Of a stretch of DNA of 64,000 bases, positions 27,757-39,288 are shown piece after piece. Source of the stretch: Octopus sinensis (lineage: Eukaryota); assembly GCF_006345805.1 (NCBI RefSeq), contig NC_043014.1, positions 27,280,001 through 27,344,000 of the forward strand, in the 5' to 3' direction. The notes beneath the pieces are model-generated. The model worked only from the letters and a program-made list of their open reading frames with translations, ran no database searches and was not told the DNA's origin. The position numbers and the translations under genes were made by a program. Positions within the stretch are counted from its first letter, which is position 1; the number at the start of each line of letters is the position of its first letter.

Positions 27757-28322
27757 TATATATATATATATATATGTATATGTATATATGTGTATGTGTG
27801 TATATATATATGTATATATGAGTGCGCGTGTGTGTATGTATGCATATATGTATGTATGCATATATTGTGTATGTATATATGTGTGGAAGTGTGTGCATAT
27901 ATGTATATGTAAGTATGTGCGCGTGTATGAGTATGTATGTATGCTTGCACACGTGTATATATATGTGTGCGTGTGTATATATATGGATGCGCGTGCGTGC
28001 GTGCACGTGTATGGGTACGCATGTGTATATGTGTATGTGCGTGTATGTGTATGTATGCATATATGTATGTATGCATGTATATGTGTATGTATATATGTGT
28101 GTAAGTGTGTGCATATATGTATATGTAAGTATGTGTGCGTGTATGAGTATGTATGTATGCTTGCACACGTGTATATATGTGTGTGTGTGTATACATATGG
28201 ATGCATGTGCGTGTGGGCACGTGTATGGGTACGCATGTATATGTGTATGTGCGTGTATGCGTATACGTGTATGTATGTTATGTATGTGTGGGCGTATATT
28301 TGTATATGTATGTGTGATTGTG

Positions 28323-28357
<35 letters not shown>

Positions 28358-28594
28358 GATGGGGTGTGTGTATGCGTATAAGCGCATGTAAGTATGGATG
28401 TATGGAGGTATGTATGTATGTTTACGTATGTATGTGTTTGTGTGTATATGTATGTAGGTGTGTGTATGTATGTGTGTATATATGTATATATATATATATA
28501 TATATATGTGTGTATATATGTTTGTGTATGTATATATATGTGTATGTATGTGTGTGTATATATATGGGTGTGTGTGTATGTATGTATGTATGTG

Positions 28595-28627
<33 letters not shown>

Positions 28628-28750
28628 GTATGTATATATATATATATATATGTATGTACATGTATGTGTGGGTATATATATATATATATATAGGTATGTA
28701 TCTGTATGTAGGAGTATATATATGTGTGTGTGTGTGTATGTGTATATGTG

Positions 28751-28781
<31 letters not shown>

Positions 28782-29138
28782 GTTATTTATTGTGTATATA
28801 TATAGACTAGCCTCCTAAAGTGTAGACATGAATCTGTAGGTACGAGTACGTATGTATATACGTGAACGTATGTAGATGTTTGTATGTATGAATATAACGC
28901 GTGCGTACGTGTATGTGTATGAGTGTACGAATGGGTGTATGTACGTGCTAATGAGTGTGCGTGCGGGAACGAGTACTTGCCTTCTAGTAGACAGACAATT
29001 TGGACATGCTGCCATCGCCAGGATCCTTAGCTCTAGCGATCAAAGATAACAAAAGTAATAAATGAAGATAATAAAATTAAAATAGGGAATGGGCCTGTAT
29101 TGGATTGTGTATATATATATAATATATATATTTATATA

Positions 29139-29181
<43 letters not shown>

Positions 29182-29475
29182 ATGTGTGTATGTGTAGGTA
29201 TGTATAGGCCACATGTGTACGTATGTGGTGTGTATGTATATGTGTTTATGTATGTATGTGCACACATTTTATTTTTTATTTTTCTATTTTTTATTTTTTA
29301 TTTTTTATTTTTTTATTTTTTTATTTATCTATTCTTTCATCTAACTTACCACTGACTCCTTGACCACTCCCCCAAGTATGATATTTTGCGCTATGCCTAC
29401 CCCCAAAAAAGTCCCCCACGACCACTCCTTTAAACCTGCCTAAATGTATAAATGCTAATACAATTCTTGTTGAAT

Positions 29476-29526
29476 AGCTTCCTGAAGATTTCTCTTGAAT
29501 GAAACAGTACTAGTCCTGTAGAAGCT
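29476..29526 (+). ncRNA. Type I hammerhead ribozyme (right arm)
   Basis: AGCUUC-CUGAAGA-U-UUC(UCUU)GAA-U-GAA-ACAG(UACUAGUC)CUGU-A/GAAGCU. It has a 6-bp stem I, a 4-bp stem III, a GUA triplet and a U.U pair at 10.1-11.1. Confidence 0.72.
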
Positions 29527-29609
29527 CCTTCTATATAATAAATTAATTTTACTCTGCTATGTATTGAGTACCTTACTTACTGTGGTTAACCCCGGATCAA
29601 CCCGGGACC

Positions 29610-29649
<40 letters not shown>

Positions 29650-30241
29650 TAGATAATAAATTTTAAGGTTACTATTACCCGACTTTATTCACATTTTATA
29701 CACTCTTAATTTGCCATTTAGTTCTCAATTTCCAGGTGTGTATGGTAGCAGTTTCGTTACAACCACAGCCCGCCATAGTATGGAACTTGCTAAAGGCAAT
29801 GTTTTGGCTCGTTTGATATAATTACTCTAAAATAGGTATATATTTTCAATAAAATTTACATTATTTATTCCACAGTCTTCTAACGGCTATTAGTAATTCA
29901 ATAGTCCTTATTAACAACATATGATCATATAATGTTTGTAGCGTTCTTTTACATACCACTAGCTGATAGCTTGTACTTCTAATCAATTACTAATCTCAAA
30001 CGGGATTCTTATGGAGAATTTATCAATAACCTTCTTGTAGATCTTTCTTTCAACCGACATATATGCTTACAATTATTTTACAAAATGACATGCGCACGCA
30101 CGCAGGAACACATAAGCACGCACACATGCATACACACAAGAGCACGTGCAAGCACACACACACATACACACGCCAAATTATCTAGATGAATGTTTTTCAT
30201 ACATATTCCATGACACATTAACCTTTCTAGGAATAAAAACA

Positions 30242-30469
30242 TTAACTCTTTAGCATTCAGATTACTCTGTTAAATACAATGCTCACTCATTCACATTGAT
30301 TTGAATTAATCATGCATTACCCTGTAACTTTGAGATTTTGATGATGTGATTGTTTATGTTTTGAACAACATTGTTGGATTCGTGTGAGAGACCAGATCTG
30401 GCCAGTTTGAACATTAAACAGGTAGAAAGTTTTGGCCGGATATAGCCAGTTTAAATGATAGAGGGTTAA
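30242..30469. mobile_element. piggyBac-like MITE with TTAA target duplication
   Basis: TTAA-CTCTTTAGCATT ... AATGATAGAGGG-TTAA, with imperfect TIRs; about 220 bp. Confidence 0.55.
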
Positions 30470-30689
30470 GCCAATCCATTAAGTTATCCTGATTTATTCT
30501 GGATTACACTTAGGCACTTTTTCTTGACCCATAGTCTTCCATCTCCAATAAATATACTCATTACCATATCTTAATTTTTGTTTTTCTCTTCACTCCTTTT
30601 CCAGCCTTCCATTCCACCTAACCGTCTAATGACTTGTATGATCAATGTTTCTTGAGTTTTAACCTCGAATAAAATAAATATTCCTTTTA

Positions 30690-30958
30690 CTGTAAAGCCA
30701 ATCGCCACATCAAAGTGGCTGTTGAATGTCACTACTAGTATGACCCCCCCCCCACGTAGATTCTCCACCCGCTGGTTATCGGTGCGACTCTGCACCCTTT
30801 ATATACAATATATAGTTAGCAGGGAGAGCGAACCCCTACTAACAATGTATATAAAGGGTGCTGAGTCTCACCGATAACCAGTTAGTGGAGAATCTGCCTG
30901 GGGTTAAGCCAGTAATAACATTCAACAACCACTATGATGTGGCGACTGGTTTTACTAT
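30690..30958. repeat. Imperfect inverted repeat (arms ~120 bp)
   Basis: GTAAAGCCAATCGCCACATC...GCACCCTTTATATACA is mirrored by TGTATATAAAGGGTGC...GATGTGGCGACTGGTTTTAC. Confidence 0.85.
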
Positions 30959-31263
30959 TTAGTATAGTTATACCTCCGGTCTTTTCGTGAGATTTTACAA
31001 CTATTCTTTTATTGTATATTATTTTTAAAATTGTAAAGCCTATCGTACACACACATCCTACCGGTGAAGCTTTCCTCCTTGTGTCAAAATCTTACAAGGT
31101 AACAAACAGTTCTTTCAACGGTTCAACAACTCTACAGGCAAAATTTGATGTCCCAATCAACTTTGACGTTCAAAGTCAAAATAAATCTGATTCTTCACAC
31201 TATATTCACACCATCGCTTCAACATACTATTCTTCAATGTGCTTTTAAATAGGAACCTTATAT

Positions 31264-31309
<46 letters not shown>

Positions 31310-31378
31310 ATACACACACACATAGACAGACACGTAATGTATATATGCAAATATGTATATATATTTATATGTATATAT

Positions 31379-31409
<31 letters not shown>

Positions 31410-31917
31410 GTATGTGTGTATTGGTGTAAATATGTATATCCACATGTGCTTATATAGCAGACTTGCATATACAAACAAATGTGCATATTTGCATACATAC
31501 ACTCATACATACACGTACACACACACACACTCTCTCTCTCACGTGTATATGCATATGTATGCTTGCATTCATATGCATATAGTCACCTATCTTCTGGACA
31601 GATATATGATTTAAGACGCATATATGAAATACAAATGCAGATGCATTCAGAAATACACTCTGATGCTCACTTTTAACAATTACACAAACGCATATACATG
31701 AAAAGCACACTAAAAATTAAAATGCGCATATGCAGAAACACGCGCACATACACTCACACACAGTTATTCCTACACTCACACGTACATAAACATGCTCAAT
31801 CAAAACCTTCTTACTTTTTACAGTCAATAACCACCTGTTACAAAGTGTAAATATTCAAAGCGTCACACACAAGGACACACACACACACACATACACACAC
31901 ACACACACACGCACACA

Positions 31918-31977
<60 letters not shown>

Positions 31978-31988
31978 GGGACACACAC

Positions 31989-32210
31989 ATGTTATAATTT
32001 AGAACAAACAGTAAAAGGTTGTCATTATAGTGCTCGGAGTTTCGAATGCCCGAGCGAAGAGCTACGATACATTCTCGACGGTTATTAATGGCAACAGACG
32101 TCTGTTGCCATTAATAACCGTCGAGAATGTATCGTAGCTCTTCGCTCCGACATTCGCAACTGCGAGTACTATAATGACAACCTTTTACTGTTTGTTCTAA
32201 ATTATAACAT
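31989..32210. repeat. Spacerless palindrome (111-bp arms) with a decayed hammerhead in each arm
   Basis: The centre CAGAC|GTCTG lies at 32099/32100. The arms differ by only a handful of substitutions. Confidence 0.9.
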
Positions 32211-32278
32211 ATATAAATACTCCTCTATTTATCTAATATCGAGGTCTCATTCTTTTGTTGTTACTTTTTACTACTACT

Positions 32279-33296
32279 GTTATTATTATTATTCAGTAGT
32301 TTTATTTTTATAGCGTGTTTTCACTTCGCTACTGAGCGCAGCTCTGTGTGCTTTGGGTTATTATATGTGTGCTGTGGTTTGTTGTGATGCTCTTACGGTT
32401 ATTGTATTGAAAGTGTTTTGCGTAGGATGTGTGCAGTGCCCAGTAGTGCAATTTTCTGTATGTTATATATATTTGTTAGTCCTGGTGTTTTTGTTATGTA
32501 TTTATCTGAATATTTTTTATCATATCTAATGCGCCTACTATGATAGGAATTGTTCCTGTTTTTAGATTGCACATTCGAGTTACCTCTATTTCCAGGTTTT
32601 TGTATTTTGAAAGTTTCTCCATTTCTTTTAGAGAAGCGTTATCATCCGCTGATATTGATACATCGATTAGAAAGCATTTTTTTCTTGATGATCTCTGACA
32701 ACTATATCTGGCCTATTGGCCTTAATTTCTCTATCTGTGTGTATTGGCACATCCCACTGTATGGTTGCTTTCTCATTTTCTGTGACCTTTTCTGGTGGGT
32801 GCCTATACCATCTTTTTTCTGTTGTTATTCCATAGTGTTGGCATAGCTTCCAGTGTATGTAGGTCCCAACTCTGTCGTGTCTGTGAATATATTCCTTCTT
32901 AGCCAGGACTGGGCAGCCAGAAATAATATGATTTATTGTTTCTTGTCCATCTCCGCATATTCTGCAGTTACTTGTTATATTTCTTTTCATTATATGTTTT
33001 TAGTAATTTCTTGTAGGGAGGCTTTGGTCTTGTGCAGCAATTAAAAATCCCTCCGTCTCTGCTTTGAGTCCTGAGTGGGATTTTTCTCTGTCTATTTCTT
33101 TTGCATTTAGTTTAGTCCAGTATTTGCCATGAAGGGGCTTTTCTTGCCATCGTTTTATCATGGTCCGTTGCTGTTCTAGTTTTAGGTTGGATTTCATTTG
33201 TTTTATAGCTTTTGTTGTTTCTTCTTCTTCTTCTTCTTCTTCTTCTTCTTCTTCTTCTTCTTCTTCTTCTTCTTCTTCTTCTTCTTCTTCTTCTTC

Positions 33297-33332
<36 letters not shown>

Positions 33333-33470
33333 TTAGATAGTATGATTTCTTGTTTGTATTTGTCAGCTTCCTTAAATACTGAGAACAGTTTTTTGTTTTG
33401 GTCGTGTTTTGCCGCTATCTGTATCAGTTTTCCTTCCTTGAAATTATTGGATCTAGGTTAGAAACAGGTT
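32279..33470 (-). mobile_element. R4/Dong-like non-LTR fragment (CCHC finger plus restriction-like endonuclease), ending in (TAA)n
   Basis: CRICGDGQETINHIISGC, HRHDRVGTYIHW and NRPDIVVRD are present, preceded by WQEKPLHGKYW. The 3' end is ACTACTGAATAATAAT. Confidence 0.85.
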
Positions 33471-33719
33471 CTTTCTCTATTGGCAAAAAATCTTGAAATA
33501 AACTGAATAATGACATACTTACTTTCATGCATACATACATAAGTGCCAACCCATGAAACTCTCGGACCTTGAGACACCCTGTTGCTTCCGTTAAATATTA
33601 ATAGAAATATACATGTACTCATATTTAGAGTTCTATTTTACCTGTTTGCATCACCATACCTATATACTTATATACGTATATATATATATATATATAACAT
33701 AAGGGACGTTAGCCATCTG

Positions 33720-33960
33720 AATGTGGCTAGGGACAGGGCAGGGCGGTGGGGGTGTTACTGATGCATTTAGCCCCAGGCGATCATCAACGTCACAGGAGGG
33801 CTGACGACGCCATCACGGCGTCCTCTAGCCTGCAAAGGGACTCCCTTTGCAGACTAAAGGACGCCGTGATGGCGTCAGCCCTCCTGGTGACGTTGATGAT
33901 CGCCTGGGGCTAAATGCATCAGTAACACCCCCACCGCCCTGCCCTGTCCTTAGCCACATT
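33720..33960. repeat. Fold-back palindrome of the 13908-14157 repeat family
   Basis: The centre is GCAAAGGGA-C-TCCCTTTGC at 33841; arms are about 120 bp. Confidence 0.9.
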
Positions 33961-34009
33961 ATTTTATTGAGCAGTTACTGTCTATATCTCGTTTAGAGAA
34001 TTATTATTG

Positions 34010-34052
<43 letters not shown>

Positions 34053-34060
34053 GTTGTGTG

Positions 34061-34098
<38 letters not shown>

Positions 34099-34261
34099 AT
34101 ATATATATAAGTGTGTGTGTGCACGCGGATGTATGCATATATGTGCATATATATATGTATGTATGTATATTGTATTTATGTATGTATGCATGCATGTATG
34201 TATGTAGAAAATTGAAAAGGAACACACGAGTTGACATGTATAAGGACAATAAGACGAAGAG

Positions 34262-34620
34262 GAAAATGCTAATCTAACTTTATCATGAATAACATTTTAG
34301 TGCCGGTTTCAGTCATTGCGACTTTTTCAACTTAGAATAAAGTATGAAAAACAATTAAATAGTGGAAATATTAAATGAAATGGTTTTTAAAAAAATATTT
34401 CCATAGTTTTCAAAAGAGTGAAAAAGAGAGACAGAGACAGGCAGAAAAAGGAAAATGCCCCTTGCATTTGAAAACTATGGAAATATTTTTTTAAAAAAAC
34501 ATTTCATTTAATTTTTACACAATTTTATTGTTTTTCATACTTTATTCTAAGTTGAAAAAGTCGCAGTAACTGAAACCGGTACTAAAATGTTCTTCATAAT
34601 AAAATTATTTTAGCATTTTT
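34262..34620. repeat. Inverted repeat (arms ~150 bp, spacer ~55 bp) with decayed hammerhead-like motifs
   Basis: AACATTTTAGTGCCGGTTTCAGTCATTGCGACT... is mirrored by ...AGTCGCAGTAACTGAAACCGGTACTAAAATGTT. Confidence 0.85.
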
Positions 34621-35119
34621 TACTGGCTTCTGCACAGTTTTTATCTACCAAATTTCATCACAAAACATTGGTCGGTTTAAGATAAAAAACACTTATCCAA
34701 AATGCCGCACTGAACCTGAAACCTTGTGGTTTCAAAGCGAACTTCTTAACCACACAACCATGCTTGCGCCTATATGTATGTATGTATGTGTGTATGTATG
34801 TATGTATGTATGTTCGAATAAAAATAGCCGTAGCCCTCATAGCCATGTATAGATTAGAGTCGAAATCGTTATTTAATTATAAATATGAAAGAAGGAATTT
34901 AATGACGACGATGACGACGACAAGAGCAGAAACAAAAGCAACAACTACTGAAACGTGGTAAAGATTACTTTAACTTGATACGGCAAATTTATTTATTATT
35001 GCGTTTTACATTGGAATATAAATGTGTAATTGTGTATGTATACGCACGCGTGCATAATATATATATATATATATATATAATATCAAATACTATATATATA
35101 TATATAATATATACAATAA

Positions 35120-35169
<50 letters not shown>

Positions 35170-35265
35170 GTGTGTGTATATATGTATGTATGTATATATA
35201 TATGTATACACGCATGTCTATATATATATATATATAATATGCATGTACACACACACACACACACA

Positions 35266-35311
<46 letters not shown>

Positions 35312-35499
35312 TTACACGCGTATGCATGTATGCTAATGGCCTTAGTTTAGCTCAGATTACCTGCTGCCTTTATTCAATATCCAATCAAGAAGCATTACAT
35401 GAAATACAAAAGAAGCAAAACGCATATAAAACAGTGTAACACTATCGCCACCATACAAATGTCATTTTTTCTTGCTTTAAACTTAAGCTGTTGCTATGA

Positions 35500-37450
35500 A
35501 CTTTGACTGTCTTCTTAAACTATTATAACTCTGATACCATTATTAGCTGACCAAGGTTTAATCTTACATCAGGTTAAGCGAGAAGCCCTCGAACATTTCC
35601 TTCGATTAACGAAAATTGGACATTTCTTTTATTTATTTCCTTCTTATAGATCAACCAATGAAATTTATGCTGCTATTTTATCTGACTAAAGTTTTCTTTT
35701 CAAAATGTAAAATAGATTTCTGGCATATCTAGGCGACATTGGCTCACCATTTGTCTAGATTAACTAGACTTGCTGGTTGACTATCTTATTAATTTATCCT
35801 TGCTAAATTAATTGACTCGCCTCGCTCATAAAATTCGTCGTTTGGCAGATAGCCTTACCAAACTATGCTGAATATGATTTGCAGATGGTGCTTCTTTCAC
35901 CTTTTCCTCACTATAAGCTTCATCGAAACCGACAGTGCTGTAGGTAAGTCACCATAAACCATTTCTTTCTTTTGCAAGAACGAATTACTGAGTAAAAACA
36001 AAATTATAATAATAATCCTTTCTTTTTTTAGCCATTAAGTACAATTTCATTCAATTTCACACTCACATACAATTACACAAGGCTTTAACAACTAGTTGAG
36101 GATGCTAGAATAACAAAGGAGGATGGACAAGGCAGTCATATAAAAAAAGACGCAGTTAAGTTAGGGGTGGTATACATAGAATTTTTATTTTTATTTGTGA
36201 AAAAATAAGTATATAAATTGCTATAAAGGAAACGATAATTAAGAAGGTATTTAGGGTTACCAACTCGCACACTAACAACCACTAAGTTGGGTCAGAGAAG
36301 CTCGTTGTTTTATCCTTCCGACACTCTTCATAGCGAGTTCTGCTGCAACTAAAGGCGTTGTTTATATTTTTGGATTTGGTAGGTTACGAAAATCGCAATG
36401 TCTTCGGCAAGAACTTACTTTAAATGTTCGTAACATGTTAATTAGTACTTTGCTAATAATCTGCCTTCACATATTCATAGTTCTCTTCCTCTACTAAATC
36501 GCTTCTGAGAATAATTTGCAGTCAAATGCGTAACTTGCACGCAGATATACAGATTTTAGCGACCATATAAGCCATGACTTCGTCCAGCGAAGATGAATCA
36601 TTTTCACATTTTCTTGTGTATTTTCTTTGATGTTCGCTCTTTTTAGAGGAAATTTTTCTCCTGTTTTTATTTTACATGCCCTTTCAAACAGTTTGGAAAT
36701 CTTGTTCAGCTTCCATCTGCATAATTTCAGAAGGATAGAGCTGATGATGGCGGTGACTGTATCAAGGGAAACGGTATGCCTCGTAGATAGTTCCAGAATG
36801 AGGAACGGAATGACATTCTTTCGCTATCTCTGCAACTTTGCCCAGTGATATAAAAAAACGCAGGGTCTCTTGGCATACAACGAGTCTGCGGTTGCTGCTA
36901 CCTTTATTGCATCACAGCACTTTCCTTTCTTTTTAGCTTCTCCAGTTCTTCAGAGTAAAAAGACTTCAAATGACCTTTGCTTCCACAAGCGTAGCAACTA
37001 GGCTTTTTACTCTGAATCACGAGTCTCTTGACCTTCGTTTCTGTTTGCATCAGGGCTCAGTTCCTCTATGTCAATGTGATTTTCGGGAATCATTAGAACT
37101 TGTAGGTTTGTAAGTCCATTCTGATCTCTCCTAACCACACATCGCCCCTCACTACCTATAAACTGATCCCCCGCCCATATTGCCATTCGAAAGTGACTTT
37201 GAGGTAGACGTAACTATCGTCTGATCCTCACACTTGTATTTCTCTGTCCCATATATTAAGAAACAAGTGTACTAGCGAGTACGTGTATCGGTATCGTTCC
37301 CTGCTTTGGGGTTGTATTTTCGGTGTCAAAAGATGGTTCACGCGCCGGGACTTTGATTTTCTGCTCCTCTTAAAGGAGGAGAGTTCCCTCACACTTTTGA
37401 TATTACTTCTTTAACACTTTTGAAGGCTATGCAAAATAACGGAAATGCTT
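35500..37450 (-). mobile_element. Highly degenerate LINE RT remnant
   Basis: Minus-strand fragments SLDEVMAY (about 36590) and VLAEDIAIF (about 36410) resemble RT motifs 4-5. The boundaries are guesses. Confidence 0.35.
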
Positions 37451-37539
37451 TCGTTTGGCTAAGTGTATATATGTCATCGGTGTTGCTGTTCTTCAAAGCA
37501 TTTCATGTTGAGGCATGTTGTTGACATTCTTATAAAAAA

Positions 37540-37694
37540 CCTGTCGAGCAAATCGACCCCAGGACTTATTCTTTGTAAGCCTAGTACTTATTCTATCGGT
37601 CTCTTTTGCCGAACCGCTAGGTTACGGGGACGTAAACACACCACCATCGGTTGTCAAGCGATGTTGGAGGACAAACACAGACACACAAATATAT

Positions 37695-37786
<92 letters not shown>

Positions 37787-37925
37787 TATATATACATATA
37801 TACGACGGGCATCTTTCAGTTTCCGTCTACCAAATCCACTCACTAGAAGACACTTGTCCAAAGTGCCATGCAGTGGGAATGAACCCGAACCATGTGGTTG
37901 GTAAGCAAGCTACTTACCACACAGA
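37540..37925 (-). mobile_element. tRNA-derived SINE family A
   Basis: Homologous to 15505-15880, with an internal deletion; the head reads TGTGTGGTAAGTAGCTTGCTTACCAACCACATGGTTCGGGTTCATTCCC. Confidence 0.75.
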
Positions 37926-37987
37926 CACACCAAGCTACTTACCACACAGCTACTCCATTCAGACATATAATTGCAAGCAATGGTAAA

Positions 37988-38015
37988 ATGGTGGTGGTGG
38001 TGATGGTGGTGGTGG

Positions 38016-38067
<52 letters not shown>

Positions 38068-38120
38068 GGTGGTGGTGGTGGTGGTGATGATGATGATGGT
38101 GGTGGTGGTGGTGATGATGA

Positions 38121-38154
<34 letters not shown>

Positions 38155-38165
38155 GGTGGTGGTGG

Positions 38166-38214
<49 letters not shown>

Positions 38215-38279
38215 GGTGATGATGATGATGATGGTGGTGGTGGTGATGATGATGATGATGATGATAATGATGATAATGA

Positions 38280-38313
<34 letters not shown>

Positions 38314-38328
38314 GGTGGTGTTGATGAT
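37988..38328. repeat. (GTG)n/(ATG)n compound trinucleotide microsatellite
   Basis: Alternating blocks seen directly; they explain the poly-His and poly-Met/Val ORFs. Confidence 0.95.
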
Positions 38329-38329
38329 G

Positions 38330-39050
38330 AAAATGCAATACCAGGCAGTGGCTCTCATGTCTTCAGATATTCTTTTCTGCTCTACGCGCACGGCCTGAAA
38401 TTTTGGTGGAGGGGAACAGTCGATTAGATCGACCCAGTATGCAACTGGTACTTAATTCATCGGACCCGAAAGGATGAAAGGCAAAGTCGACCTCGGCAAA
38501 ATTTAGACTTAGAACGTAGCGGCAGACGAAATACCGCCAAGTATTTCGCTAGCTCGCCGCCTTATTCATGGCTTCTGATATTAACTGATTGGAAGTGTTA
38601 TCATGTACATTGTTTTGTCTTGGTATAAAAGATGGACCACAGATTTGCTTGTCAGTTGTTTTACCTTAACCAATTGAGCATGTCCCTTAGTTGCTGGTGA
38701 TATATGTACCCCTGATCACGAGCAGAAGTAGTGGAGGAGCACCATAGCCATGTGTTGAAAAGAATTCTTTGGGGCTTGGATAATTCATTCTGAAAGCATG
38801 GGTGTTTTGTTCATCATCCTTAAACAAACCTTATTCAGGTACATTTGGGCAGGATGGGATAGTCAACCTGAAGGAAATTCTAACTGGGCCCCACCTGCAA
38901 GGTCATGCGCGAGATCACCATGTCGCGCACATATGGTTGTGATGCATGTGCTTGGTGTACCCTTATCAGACGGGTAGTCATTATGGGTATATTGGGCTTC
39001 GTATATTTTACCCCAGCGTCATTTTGATGGCATGCACTGCTCTCTCACTC

Positions 39051-39052
<2 letters not shown>
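38330..39052 (+). repeat. Unclassified ~540-bp repeat (copy 1), interrupted by a family B SINE at ~38372-38565
   Basis: It starts AAATGC..GCTCTCATG and ends CACTGCTCTCTCACTC followed by (AAT)n. CATG(G/T)CTTC(T/A)GATATT is duplicated around the SINE. Confidence 0.75.
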
Positions 39053-39091
<39 letters not shown>

Positions 39092-39117
39092 CAACAGCAA
39101 CACCAACACCAACAACG

Positions 39118-39178
<61 letters not shown>

Positions 39179-39288
39179 CAGCAGCAGCAGCAGCAGCAGT
39201 AATAATAATAATAATAATAGTAATAATAATAATAATAATAGTAATAATCATAATAATAATAATAATGATAATGATGATGATGATGATA

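Larger units (their letters stand above)
24197..29543. repeat. 5.3-kb inverted repeat (arms ~2.7 kb, centre ~26884)
   Basis: Unique segments 24198-24480 and 24690-24940 are reverse-complemented at 29260-29542 and 28800-29050. The centre reads ACATATACAAATA-TG-TATTTGTATATGT. Confidence 0.9.

Noticed and set aside
31012-31250. Possible host exon in a non-repetitive-looking island
   Set aside because: Minus-strand frames have stops, and the short plus-strand ORF has no recognisable motif or clear splice sites.
37892-38398. Poly-His (minus) and poly-Met/Val (plus) ORFs
   Set aside because: They are entirely a (GTG)n(ATG)n compound microsatellite, open in three frames for compositional reasons.
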